From: Candidatus Zixiibacteriota bacterium
GTDB lineage: Bacteria; Zixibacteria; MSB-5A5; GN15; JAAZOE01
DNA length: 55,485 bases
Direction of reading: 5' to 3'
Assembly (NCBI GenBank): GCA_043819555.1
Contig: JBDREQ010000007.1
Span: 1-55,485, forward strand
This document shows, one piece after another, positions 8,875 to 17,690 of the stretch. The notes under the pieces are model-generated. The model saw nothing but the letters and a program-made list of their open reading frames with translations, was not told the DNA's origin and did no database searches. How positions within the stretch are numbered: position 1 is the first letter of the stretch; the number at the start of each line of letters is the position of its first letter. The position numbers and the translations under genes are program-made.

Positions 8875-10296
8875 CTAATTCCAGGGATATAAAATTCTGT
8901 CGACGCAATAAGAACCGGAACTGGGCTGATCCGTCAATTCCACCGTGAAGCTTAAAGGCTCCTGTCCATTCAAATGCAGGCCGATGATAGTTATGGTGTA
9001 ATTTCCGGGCGTTAATCGCTTAAGATCATATTCCAAATCATAAAGACAGATGCAATCGCAACCGCCGTCTTCAAGGACTTCGATTTCGGTAAGCCAGAAT
9101 TCTTTCTTCTTTTGAAAGATATCGACATTCAACTCTTCGATACAGCAATTAAAGGCAGTGTTTTCATGCATGAGGTGAAGAATCGACTCACCGTCATAGG
9201 ACCAGTGAATACAATCCTGATTCGCTGCCAAATCCCCCAATTCTTCGGAGGTTGGAGAGTTATTGCAGTAATATTGGGTTGTTACAACATCGGGATAAGC
9301 AGGGCACAGTGGTTCGGGACCAAATTTATGAACATGATTAATTATCATTACAGCATCGCCAACATCGGTGTTGCCATCGGCATTGGCGTCCCCCGAGCTC
9401 AAAGGTGCCGGATATGGGCCAAACTTAAATACATAATTTATAATAAAAACAGCGTCGCCCAAATCTGTATTGCCATTGCCATCGGCATCGCCGCATAAAT
9501 AATCGCAGACATCGCCGATTCCGTCGCCGTCGATATCACTCTGGTCAGGATTATAGGTCTCAGGACAATTATCGTATTTATTGGCAATCCCATCGTTGTC
9601 ATTGTCCGGGGCATCCCAGCAAAAAGTCGCATCAAAATTGAAATTATACTCAATACCGTATAGATCATCCATCAGACGCCATTCTCCCTGGTAGCTGCCT
9701 CCCCCCGAAAATCCCGGGAAATTGCCATCGTCGCTCATAACCGCGAGGATTTCTCCCTCCGCCCCGGAGTTTGCCACGCCGCAAATCAGCATTTCTCCGG
9801 CGGCATATTCCAAATTAAAAGTAGAAAAATCAGCAGTGGCAACACCTATCTCTTTGGGCAAATCATTAAAAGGAATTGTCACTCGAGCCAACTCCAGACC
9901 CGGATAACCGGATGGCTGATACTGCCAGATTATTACATCAAGATCGGGAGTTCCGATATACGCCGGAGTGTAAACCCAGACTCTAATCTCATCTAATCTC
10001 GCGATTTTTGATATTGGCGCTGGATTTTGAATCGGCATAAAAAGTGAATCGAGATAAAAATTATTCGGCAATTCCCAGATAAAATACGGCGACCCTGACA
10101 ATGTAAAATTCTGGCAATCATCGGCGGATTTAGATATTGTTGAAGACTGAGCCATTTCCCATGCGGTTTGAATCGAATTTAGCTCATTGTCCGGTATTTT
10201 AACAGGAAATGAATCAGCCGCGGCGGAACAAATCGGCAATCCAGGTAAAAAAATCAGTACTAATAAAAATGGGACTATTCTTACGAATGATTTCAC
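8875..10296 (-). CDS. Secreted protein with thrombospondin type-3 repeats, a type-I dockerin and a Cys-rich C-terminal domain
   Basis: Signal peptide; DNDNDGIANKYDNCP...DQSDIDGDGIGDVCD; duplicated GDADGNGNTDLGDAV/GDANADGNTDVGDAV. A GGAGG SD favours GTG 10296 as the start. Confidence 0.8.
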   Translation of the reverse strand: MKSFVRIVPFLLVLIFLPGLPICSAAADSFPVKIPDNELNSIQTAWEMAQSSTISKSADDCQNFTLSGSPYFIWELPNNFYLDSLFMPIQNPAPISKIARLDEIRVWVYTPAYIGTPDLDVIIWQYQPSGYPGLELARVTIPFNDLPKEIGVATADFSTFNLEYAAGEMLICGVANSGAEGEILAVMSDDGNFPGFSGGGSYQGEWRLMDDLYGIEYNFNFDATFCWDAPDNDNDGIANKYDNCPETYNPDQSDIDGDGIGDVCDYLCGDADGNGNTDLGDAVFIINYVFKFGPYPAPLSSGDANADGNTDVGDAVMIINHVHKFGPEPLCPAYPDVVTTQYYCNNSPTSEELGDLAANQDCIHWSYDGESILHLMHENTAFNCCIEELNVDIFQKKKEFWLTEIEVLEDGGCDCICLYDLEYDLKRLTPGNYTITIIGLHLNGQEPLSFTVELTDQPSSGSYCVDRILYPWN

Positions 10297-10516
10297 CGCG
10301 AAACCTCCCAATAATACAAATATAGAGAACTCAAAACCATATCTGGGGCGTTATCTTACAAAGGTTAGACCAAAAACCGGTTTTACGCTTACCATAATGA
10401 TACCTATAATTTCATAAATGTCAACCGATTATTGCACCCTCAAACCAATCTGTTTTATCACTTTATCAAACACTATAAACTTGTGCATTTGAGTATTTTA
10501 TGCTATAATCCGCATT

Positions 10517-11695
10517 ATGAAAAACCTACTTATAACTCTGATAGTAATCCTGGGGGCTTTCTTTGGCTGCAGTGGTAATCAAATTGATTATCTAAAACTG
10601 CATAATAACGCTATCGTCGTTGATTTGCATAGTGACACGGCGCTAAGGATGATGAGGGGCTTTGATATCTCTCTTAGAGACACGACCGGTCATATGGATA
10701 TACCCCGTCTTGTCGAAGGCGGCGTGAATTTGCAGGTTTTTGCCTGTTTTCTGTCCACTGATACCCCGCTTGAAGAATGTCGAGAATTGGCTGACGAAAT
10801 AATTGATAGTATGGAAGCGCAGTTTTCCGCCAATAGCGACAAGATTGAAGTTTGTTTGACGGCCGCCAATGCTGAGAGAATTATAGGCGAAGGGAAAATC
10901 GCGGCTTTCATCGGCATTGAAAATGGCGTCGCCATCTCCAATAGTATCGAGAATCTGGAGCATTTCTATAATCGCGGCGTCAGGTATTTGACGCTTACCC
11001 ATACCAGTTCAAATGACTGGTGTATTTCTTCAGCAGATACGCTTCCTGCCTTCAACGGGCTAACAGATTTTGGCCGCGAAGTTGTCAGGAAAATGAATGA
11101 CCTTGGGATGATAATTGATATTTCCCACTCTCATGCCCTGACGGTCGAGGAAGTATTAAAAATCTCCACGGATCCGATCATTGCATCACATTCATGCGTT
11201 TACGATTTATGCCCGCATGACAGAAATCTGACTGACGAACAAATAAAAGCCATTGCCCAAAACGGAGGAATGATAGGTATTAATTTTTATACCGGGTATC
11301 TGTCCGGTGAAATCAACCGTATTTCAGATTCTGCCTGGGAAGTTCTGGGACCTGTTTATGATTCGCTTCGGGTGGAATATGAGCGTAATGATTCTCTCTG
11401 GAGAGAAGCCCGGAGAGACTTATACCGACAGGTTCGTGAAGCAACCGCTGGCGTAGAAGTTAACGTTGCCACAGTGGTTGACCATATCGATCATATCGTA
11501 AACCTTGTGGGCGCCGATTATGTTGGGTTCGGCTCAGATTTTGACGGAATTCCTACCCTCCCGGATGGATTGACAGATTGCTCAATGGTACCAAATATTA
11601 CCGCGGAACTCGTTAATCGAGGTTACACTGAACAAGACATAAGGAAGATTCTCGGTGGAAACTTTATGCGTGTCTTCCATCAGGTTTGTGATTAA
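10517..11695 (+). CDS. Membrane dipeptidase (peptidase M19), lipoprotein
   Basis: DLHSD, GIENG, IDISH, ASHS and GSDFDG motifs; lipobox FFGC. Confidence 0.92.
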   Translation: MKNLLITLIVILGAFFGCSGNQIDYLKLHNNAIVVDLHSDTALRMMRGFDISLRDTTGHMDIPRLVEGGVNLQVFACFLSTDTPLEECRELADEIIDSMEAQFSANSDKIEVCLTAANAERIIGEGKIAAFIGIENGVAISNSIENLEHFYNRGVRYLTLTHTSSNDWCISSADTLPAFNGLTDFGREVVRKMNDLGMIIDISHSHALTVEEVLKISTDPIIASHSCVYDLCPHDRNLTDEQIKAIAQNGGMIGINFYTGYLSGEINRISDSAWEVLGPVYDSLRVEYERNDSLWREARRDLYRQVREATAGVEVNVATVVDHIDHIVNLVGADYVGFGSDFDGIPTLPDGLTDCSMVPNITAELVNRGYTEQDIRKILGGNFMRVFHQVCD

Positions 11696-11697
11696 AA

Positions 11698-12045
11698 TCA
11701 TGACTCCCGCGACCAGAGGTATATATCTAAGTCAACGGAGTCATTTTCCCTGAAAATAACACCTTCATCAAGAAGTAATTGCCTTTGCAATTCATATCCT
11801 TCACCCGGTTTCAAACCGATTTTCCCCTGACTGTTTATGACACGATGCCAGGGCAGCTTTTCTTTGCGCGAGCTGGCATGTAAAGCCCGAACAACCTGCC
11901 GCGCCGCCCGTGGACTGCCGGCCAACGCGGCTATTAGACCGTAGGTCGCGACTTTACCTCGAGGAATCTTCTTTATAATCTCGACTACTTTTTGATGAAA
12001 ACTCTGTTTCCCGTTTTTGCCCATATTAATTTTTACAAAACTCAT
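11698..12045 (-). CDS. Alkyltransferase-like protein (MGMT/ATL family)
   Basis: IPRGKVATYG and PWHRV, with Trp in place of the catalytic Cys. The true start may be ATG 12024. Confidence 0.88.
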   Translation of the reverse strand: MSFVKINMGKNGKQSFHQKVVEIIKKIPRGKVATYGLIAALAGSPRAARQVVRALHASSRKEKLPWHRVINSQGKIGLKPGEGYELQRQLLLDEGVIFRENDSVDLDIYLWSRES

Positions 12046-12214
12046 TCCAAATAAGCAATGATTTTCATGGAGATTAAAAATTATTATTGGTATTTTTTGA
12101 AGTGGCCATCAATTGTCCTCTTTGCAATTATATATGGGAGGATATGCTCGAAATTCTGCTGTACAAAATCAGGGATGATTATTTATAGCAATTAGTTCGA
12201 GCCAGTATTGTTAA

Positions 12215-13150
12215 TCAAAAGACCGAAAATTTAAAATATTTTCTTGGATTTTTCTCAATATCCGCGATCAGGTTATTAATCCTGACAACAAGATTCCTGA
12301 TCTCTTCATATAACTCTGCATCGTTCAATAAGGCCCCGGCCGAACCCTCGCCCCGGTCAAGTTTGATCAATATTGAATCAAGATTTCCGCTTGAACGATT
12401 TAGATTATTATATAGCTCTTCATCAGATAGGAGTTTTCCAATAGTCCCATCGCCTGAATTCAGTCCCGCCATGATTTTATCGGTTCCTTGCAGAGTTGAT
12501 TCCAGCTTGGATAAAATCTCCTGCTGATTTTTCTTAATATTAGCCATTATTTCGGTGGCGTCATCAAGGGCGTTGACAAGATTGGCATAAAGATTTGTAT
12601 CGTTGATAATTTTCCCCGCGGTTCCTTCGCCTCGGGCAATCATGCCCGATATTTCTTTCATATTAATCAATAATGAATCAATCGAGCTAGCCATGTCCGG
12701 AACTTTGGCCGTAACCGCATCCAGACCGACTCCATCATCAACCGGAATTTCATTTCCCGGCTCCATGACCGGTAAATCCTTTGTTCCGGGCAATATCTCA
12801 ATGTATTTATCTCCAAGGAATCCGATGGTACCGAGTCTGACCCTGGTATCCATCGTAATAAACTCCCAGACCGATTTTTTGATCGTCAAAACCGCCTTGA
12901 TTCGCTTGTCTTCGCTGATATTGACAAATTGTACGCTACGAACATTACCGACTTCGACTCCCGCCAACCAAACCGGAGCGCCTTTTACAAGTCCATTGAC
13001 ATTTTCAAAATACGCAATTGCCGTGTTTTTTCCCTCAAAAATAGAAGTTCCGCCGCCGCGAAATGACGAATACAACATAACGGCAATTGCCAATGTGACT
13101 ATAATTCCAACCCGGAGATTCCCCCATTTTACTTTTCCGCTCCGTTCCAT
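12215..13150 (-). CDS. mlaD: MCE/MlaD-family substrate-binding protein
   Basis: N-terminal TM, GLVKGAPVWLAGVEVGNV, GFLGDKYIEI and a helical tail. Confidence 0.88.
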   Translation of the reverse strand: MERSGKVKWGNLRVGIIVTLAIAVMLYSSFRGGGTSIFEGKNTAIAYFENVNGLVKGAPVWLAGVEVGNVRSVQFVNISEDKRIKAVLTIKKSVWEFITMDTRVRLGTIGFLGDKYIEILPGTKDLPVMEPGNEIPVDDGVGLDAVTAKVPDMASSIDSLLINMKEISGMIARGEGTAGKIINDTNLYANLVNALDDATEIMANIKKNQQEILSKLESTLQGTDKIMAGLNSGDGTIGKLLSDEELYNNLNRSSGNLDSILIKLDRGEGSAGALLNDAELYEEIRNLVVRINNLIADIEKNPRKYFKFSVF

Positions 13151-13161
13151 ATTTCTAATCC

Positions 13162-13932
13162 TTAAATTACTTGTTTGGCCACAACTTCCTTTATGGAATT
13201 CTTAAATGGCGCCAGAAAGCTGGTTACTTCCGGCGATTCGCATTGACGCATATCTTCCAATCCTCCGTCAAAAACGACTCGTCCATCCCGAATGATGACA
13301 AATTTATCCGATAACTTTAGAGCGTCCGCTATCTGGTGCGTGACTATTATGACGGCAATATTATGTTTTTCCTGCAGTTTGCAAATCTGATCTAACACAT
13401 TTTGCGTCGCCTGCGGATCGAGGCCTGTCGTCGGTTCATCAAAAAGCATAATCCGCGGCTGAGTCGATAAGAGCGCTCGCGCCAAGGCCACCCGCCGCCG
13501 CATCCCGCCTGATAATTCCTCGGGAAGCTTATCGAAAATCTCATCCGGGTCCAGGTCGACAAAAGTAAGCATTTCACGAGCCTTTTCTTCTATTTCCGCT
13601 TCGCTCATTTTAGTATGTTCAAATAGATAAAAACCGACATTCTCACCTATCGTCATGGAATCAAACAAAGCCCCATCCTGAAAAACCATCCCGATACGTT
13701 TGCGAATTTCCTGCAGTTTTCGCAGAGGCTGGCCGCAGATATCCTCGCCGTTAATATAAACTTTGCCCGTCCAGGGACAATCCAGACCCAGGATTAACCG
13801 TAATAGTGTGGACTTACCCGAACCCGACGGCCCCATAATAATCCGGCTCTCACCCGGTTTAATATGAAAGGATACATCATTGAGGACCGGCTTACTATTG
13901 TATCCAAAATTAATTTTCTCCAAACGGATCAT
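13162..13932 (-). CDS. mlaF: MlaF-type ABC ATPase
   Basis: GPSGSGKS, FQDGALFDSM, LSGGMRRRV and DEPT. ATG 13932 overlaps the mlaE stop. Confidence 0.88.
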   Translation of the reverse strand: MIRLEKINFGYNSKPVLNDVSFHIKPGESRIIMGPSGSGKSTLLRLILGLDCPWTGKVYINGEDICGQPLRKLQEIRKRIGMVFQDGALFDSMTIGENVGFYLFEHTKMSEAEIEEKAREMLTFVDLDPDEIFDKLPEELSGGMRRRVALARALLSTQPRIMLFDEPTTGLDPQATQNVLDQICKLQEKHNIAVIIVTHQIADALKLSDKFVIIRDGRVVFDGGLEDMRQCESPEVTSFLAPFKNSIKEVVAKQVI

Positions 13933-14723
13933 AAATATCCCTTTAAGTACGAGAAGACAACTTTGGTCAAAAGAAAATTCACAATTAATATGGATATCGA
14001 AGAAATCATGACCGATTCGGTCGTAGAACGGCCCACGCCTTTGGTGCCCCCCGTTGTCGTAAACCCTTTGTAGCATGAAATAAATCCGATGACAAAAGCA
14101 AAAACAATCGGCTTGGCTATACCGATAAAGATATTTCCAAATGTGAGTTTTTCATTCACCGCCGAAATATATGTTGTCGAAGTTATGTGAGCGATAAAGA
14201 TCGCGACGACCCAGCCTCCCACAATAGCAATAAGATCACAGATAATCGTTAGAGTCGGAACCATAACAATAAGAGCAATCAAACGCGGCGTCGCCAATTT
14301 CCGGATCGGATTGACTCCGAACGCCAAAAGAGCGTCGAGCTGATTGGATGATTTCATCGAACCTATTTCAGCAGTTATTCCCGCCGCGACGCGAGCGGCA
14401 ACCATTAACCCCGTTAATATCGGACCCAATTCCCGAACAATCGCCAACGACATTATTCTGCCCAGATAATTCTTTGACCCAAAATCGGCCAATTCCATTG
14501 AAAACTGAAAAGCCATCGCCTGACCAGCAAAAATTCCGGTAAGAATAACCAGGAATAGAGACCCGACTCCGATGACATACATTTGCTCCATCGTTTCAGA
14601 AAAATATATCGGCCGGCCAAAACAATTTAAAATCATTTTGACCGAAAACCGGGTCAATTGATCCAACTCAAAAACAAATATCTTAAAACTTCTGAATAGG
14701 TATCCGATCATATTCTCATCCAT
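13929..14723 (-). CDS. mlaE: MlaE-family ABC permease
   Basis: RELGPILTGLMVAARV...AEIGSM and GVGRSTT motifs. Confidence 0.9.
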   Translation of the reverse strand: MDENMIGYLFRSFKIFVFELDQLTRFSVKMILNCFGRPIYFSETMEQMYVIGVGSLFLVILTGIFAGQAMAFQFSMELADFGSKNYLGRIMSLAIVRELGPILTGLMVAARVAAGITAEIGSMKSSNQLDALLAFGVNPIRKLATPRLIALIVMVPTLTIICDLIAIVGGWVVAIFIAHITSTTYISAVNEKLTFGNIFIGIAKPIVFAFVIGFISCYKGFTTTGGTKGVGRSTTESVMISSISILIVNFLLTKVVFSYLKGYL

Positions 14724-14847
14724 TCAATCAAATCAATATATACTATTGGCTGAGGGACTTAGTGTCAAGGTAATATTCACCAAATTCAGGCCAATAATTG
14801 TTGACATGTTTGCGTTATATGATATGTTTTGCGATGAGGTTTGATAT

Positions 14848-15858
14848 ATGGCAAAAAAAGGACACGGTATAGCTCTATTTTCGGGCGGTTTGGATTCAGC
14901 TCTTGCCATTTTGATGGTAATGCGCCAAAATGTCGAAGTGACAGCATTATCATTCATGAATCATTTCGGCTGCGACATCACCGATAAATCTTCCTGCTCA
15001 AAGGATCCTTATCCCATCGCGGAAAAATTCGGTTTCACAGTCAAAATGGTTCATCTCGGGCATCAATTCGTTGATATAGTACGAAATCCCAAATATGGTC
15101 ACGGCAGGAATATGAATCCCTGTATTGATTGCCGCATCCTGATGCTCAGGGAAGCCAAAACTTTCATGGAATTGGTCGGCGCCGATTTTGTCTTCACCGG
15201 TGAAGTTGTCGGGCAGCGGCCGATGTCGCAATATAAACCTCAATTGGCATTGATTCTGCGGGAATCAGGTCTGGGAGATAAATTGGTGCGTCCGCTGTCA
15301 GCCAAATTACTTCCCGAAACCTTGCCCGAACGTATGGGGATTTTAGACCGTAAGCAATTGGGCGATATAAACGGTCGTTCCCGCAAGGCGCAAATGGAAC
15401 TTGCCGACAAATACGGCCTGGAAAACTACCCCGGCTCGGCAGCAGGCTGCCTCTTAACCGATGCCGGTTATTCCAAACGGCTTCGCGATTACTTTTCCCA
15501 TCAGGAACAGGTCGATTTTAATGAGCTGAATCTACTCCGCATTGGACGCCATTTCAGAATAGATGAAAACACGAAAATTATAGTTGGGCGCGACGAAAAA
15601 GAGAATGACAAGATCGAGAAACTCAGAAAACCGGACGAATGGCTGTTTGAGGCCCGCGATACCGGTTCTCCAATTACACTCGTCAAAGGAACTATCTCTG
15701 ATGAGATAATAAGCACCGCGGCGGCCATAACGGCTCGTTACTGCCGCGCCCGGAATGAAAAAACAGTTAATATTTCTTTCTGGACTAGCGAAGGAAATTT
15801 AAGAACAATTAATGCCCAACCGACATCGGATGAATATCTGAAAAAAATCCGTCTTTAA
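14848..15858 (+). CDS. PP-loop tRNA thiouridylase-like protein (ThiI/MnmA-related) with C-terminal DUF814/NFACT-R-like domain
   Basis: SGGLDS, NPCIDC, TGEVVGQRPMSQ, GCLLTD and IIVGRDEKEN motifs. Confidence 0.75.
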   Translation: MAKKGHGIALFSGGLDSALAILMVMRQNVEVTALSFMNHFGCDITDKSSCSKDPYPIAEKFGFTVKMVHLGHQFVDIVRNPKYGHGRNMNPCIDCRILMLREAKTFMELVGADFVFTGEVVGQRPMSQYKPQLALILRESGLGDKLVRPLSAKLLPETLPERMGILDRKQLGDINGRSRKAQMELADKYGLENYPGSAAGCLLTDAGYSKRLRDYFSHQEQVDFNELNLLRIGRHFRIDENTKIIVGRDEKENDKIEKLRKPDEWLFEARDTGSPITLVKGTISDEIISTAAAITARYCRARNEKTVNISFWTSEGNLRTINAQPTSDEYLKKIRL

Positions 15859-15886
15859 AAAAAACCGGATTCACATCCGGTTTTTT
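15857..15886. terminator. Bidirectional intrinsic terminator
   Basis: A8-CCGGAT-TCAC-ATCCGG-T6. Confidence 0.8.
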
Positions 15887-16012
15887 CAATCGTAATTTAT
15901 AACAATTATGAATTATCATTGTCGAGCCCCTATCCGAAAATGACAGGGGCCCTCCTCTCCAGTGCCCGATACGAACGGCCATCAGCTTAGCCGTACTCTC
16001 CCCGTATCAGAC
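15857..16012 (-). ncRNA. Candidate structured small RNA of unknown family
   Basis: TTGCAC-N16-TATATT promoter (16046-16019), three stems that close fully with G-U pairs only on the minus strand, and a downstream terminator. Confidence 0.5.
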
Positions 16013-16182
16013 ATATTTAATATATACAAAGATTGAAAATGTGCAAATTCTTTTTAAAAATTTCTTGCTAAATTCGGAAGGGATATGAGCCCAAAACCAA
16101 AGAAAAATATTAATTATCGCATATCCTGCGATATTATCGGTCTTCGATCAAAATGGGATAAGTATGACTCGCATACTTTGCG

Positions 16183-16213
16183 AAAAAAGAGCCCCATGCA
16201 TAACATGGGGCTC
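16183..16213 (-). terminator. Intrinsic terminator of the cohesin gene
   Basis: GAGCCCCATG/CATGGGGCTC stem followed by T6 on the minus strand. Confidence 0.8.
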
Positions 16214-16267
16214 GTGAGCTTTGAGCTAGAAGGATTTCGCGACCTGATCCTCCCGACGAATTGCCAG

Positions 16268-17089
16268 TTACTTGGTTAGAACCATTTTCTTTGTTTCAGA
16301 GTAATCATTAATCTTGGCCCGGTAAAAATAGACGCCACTGGCAACTTTGGAACCATTTTCATCAGTTCCATCCCAGAGGAATTCATAAGTACCGGCTTCA
16401 CGATAACCACTACTAAGTTCATTGACTTGCTGGCCGAGAATATTGAAAACCGACACATTTAATTCACCGGCAAACGGCGTCGACAAACTGAAACTTGTAC
16501 TCGGATTAAATGGGTTCGGCCAGTTTTGACTGAGGCCATAGGCCGTCGGGATCGCGTTACCGCCACCTGTCAAAGACAATGTTCCAAATGACAACTCCGG
16601 ATTAATCTGTCCCAATTCAGGTCTTCCGTTTGTATAATCGTTGTAATAGAAAGTCAAAGAGTGATTCGGGTCTTCAGATTCAAACGGTTTGAGCTCCACC
16701 GTTTCCACTCCGGCGTCAAGCTTAAAGTGCAATTCAGCAATTACGCCCTGGCCGGTTGGCAAATCAGGAGCTTCATTGGTAACCATTGAAACCAATCCAA
16801 TGATAACCTGATTCTTTTCGTTGTCAATCATGGCGTGCTTGAATTCAAATTTATCAACGCGGTCGGTAAAGACCACCTTTTCAAGCATAGCGCCTTCTGA
16901 AAATTCCAGCGGGATATCAAGGGCCGCCAATTCCTGTGTATTACCAACTTCCAAAGGCACTACCAGGATATTGCCTTCCATTACGATCGCTTTAGCCGCC
17001 GCCAATTTATCGACATTGGCCGACAATGCTATCGCCGGAATCAGAAACATGACAAGGACGGATGCGACGAGCAGGTTACGCTTCATCAT
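16268..17089 (-). CDS. Secreted cohesin-like protein with C-terminal T9SS type-A / FlgD-Ig sorting domain
   Basis: Signal peptide; cohesin-like VVPLEVGN..ELAALDIPLEF...GVIAELHF; SQNWPNPFNPST...WDGTD..G..VASGVYFYR...KKMVLTK. Confidence 0.75.
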   Translation of the reverse strand: MMKRNLLVASVLVMFLIPAIALSANVDKLAAAKAIVMEGNILVVPLEVGNTQELAALDIPLEFSEGAMLEKVVFTDRVDKFEFKHAMIDNEKNQVIIGLVSMVTNEAPDLPTGQGVIAELHFKLDAGVETVELKPFESEDPNHSLTFYYNDYTNGRPELGQINPELSFGTLSLTGGGNAIPTAYGLSQNWPNPFNPSTSFSLSTPFAGELNVSVFNILGQQVNELSSGYREAGTYEFLWDGTDENGSKVASGVYFYRAKINDYSETKKMVLTK

Positions 17090-17610
17090 ACATCACCCCC
17101 TCCATATTAAGGGTTTGATTTACGGCTATATGTGTCACTAATTACCTCCTTGTACGCAATACAGCCATTTCCAATTAAAAACTATACTCTCTGACGGATT
17201 AGTGACATGAGGGGTGGGATACCTCTCCTTGTATCCAATATAATAATCTACACAATTCTTGTCAACTGTTTTTTCCCTCACCCCAGGAAGAACTTAGGCG
17301 CGAATCCTCAAAGCATATATGAAAATCCAAAAGGTACTTTCTCAAACGACCTGGGAATATCAGCAAATCCTCCTCACACTCATTATAATTGTTTTAGCAT
17401 GCGATAGTTCCAATATTTTTCAAAAAAAATGAACAGCGGTCTAATAATTGACTGTTCACTTTAATATTAATTTATTACCTCATGTTATTCACACCTTTGC
17501 AATCGTATGAAAATTTTTTGGCTTTTTGCCATAAAATTATAAATATTCACGCTCATTGCTATAAATGGAGAATAAAACAGCTCACTTTCAAAACCCAGTT
17601 TTCTTTACAC

Positions 17611-17639
17611 TTGACTAACGTTATACGCAACCGTACCTT
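17611..17639 (+). promoter_or_regulatory. Sigma70 promoter of the OPT gene
   Basis: TTGACT-N17-TACCTT. Confidence 0.55.
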
Positions 17640-17690
17640 GCGATATTGAAAAAATTAGCTTCATGGTTTTCCATTAGATAAGGAGGCGCT

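Noticed and set aside
11698..12045. Active O6-methylguanine methyltransferase or pseudogene
   Set aside because: PWHRV in place of PCHRV is the normal signature of ATL proteins.
15964..16012. tRNA-like element, hammerhead or known riboswitch
   Set aside because: CCG-TTCGTAT-CGG resembles a T-arm but no cloverleaf forms. The hammerhead CUGAUGA/GAAA core is absent, and there is no downstream gene for a riboswitch.
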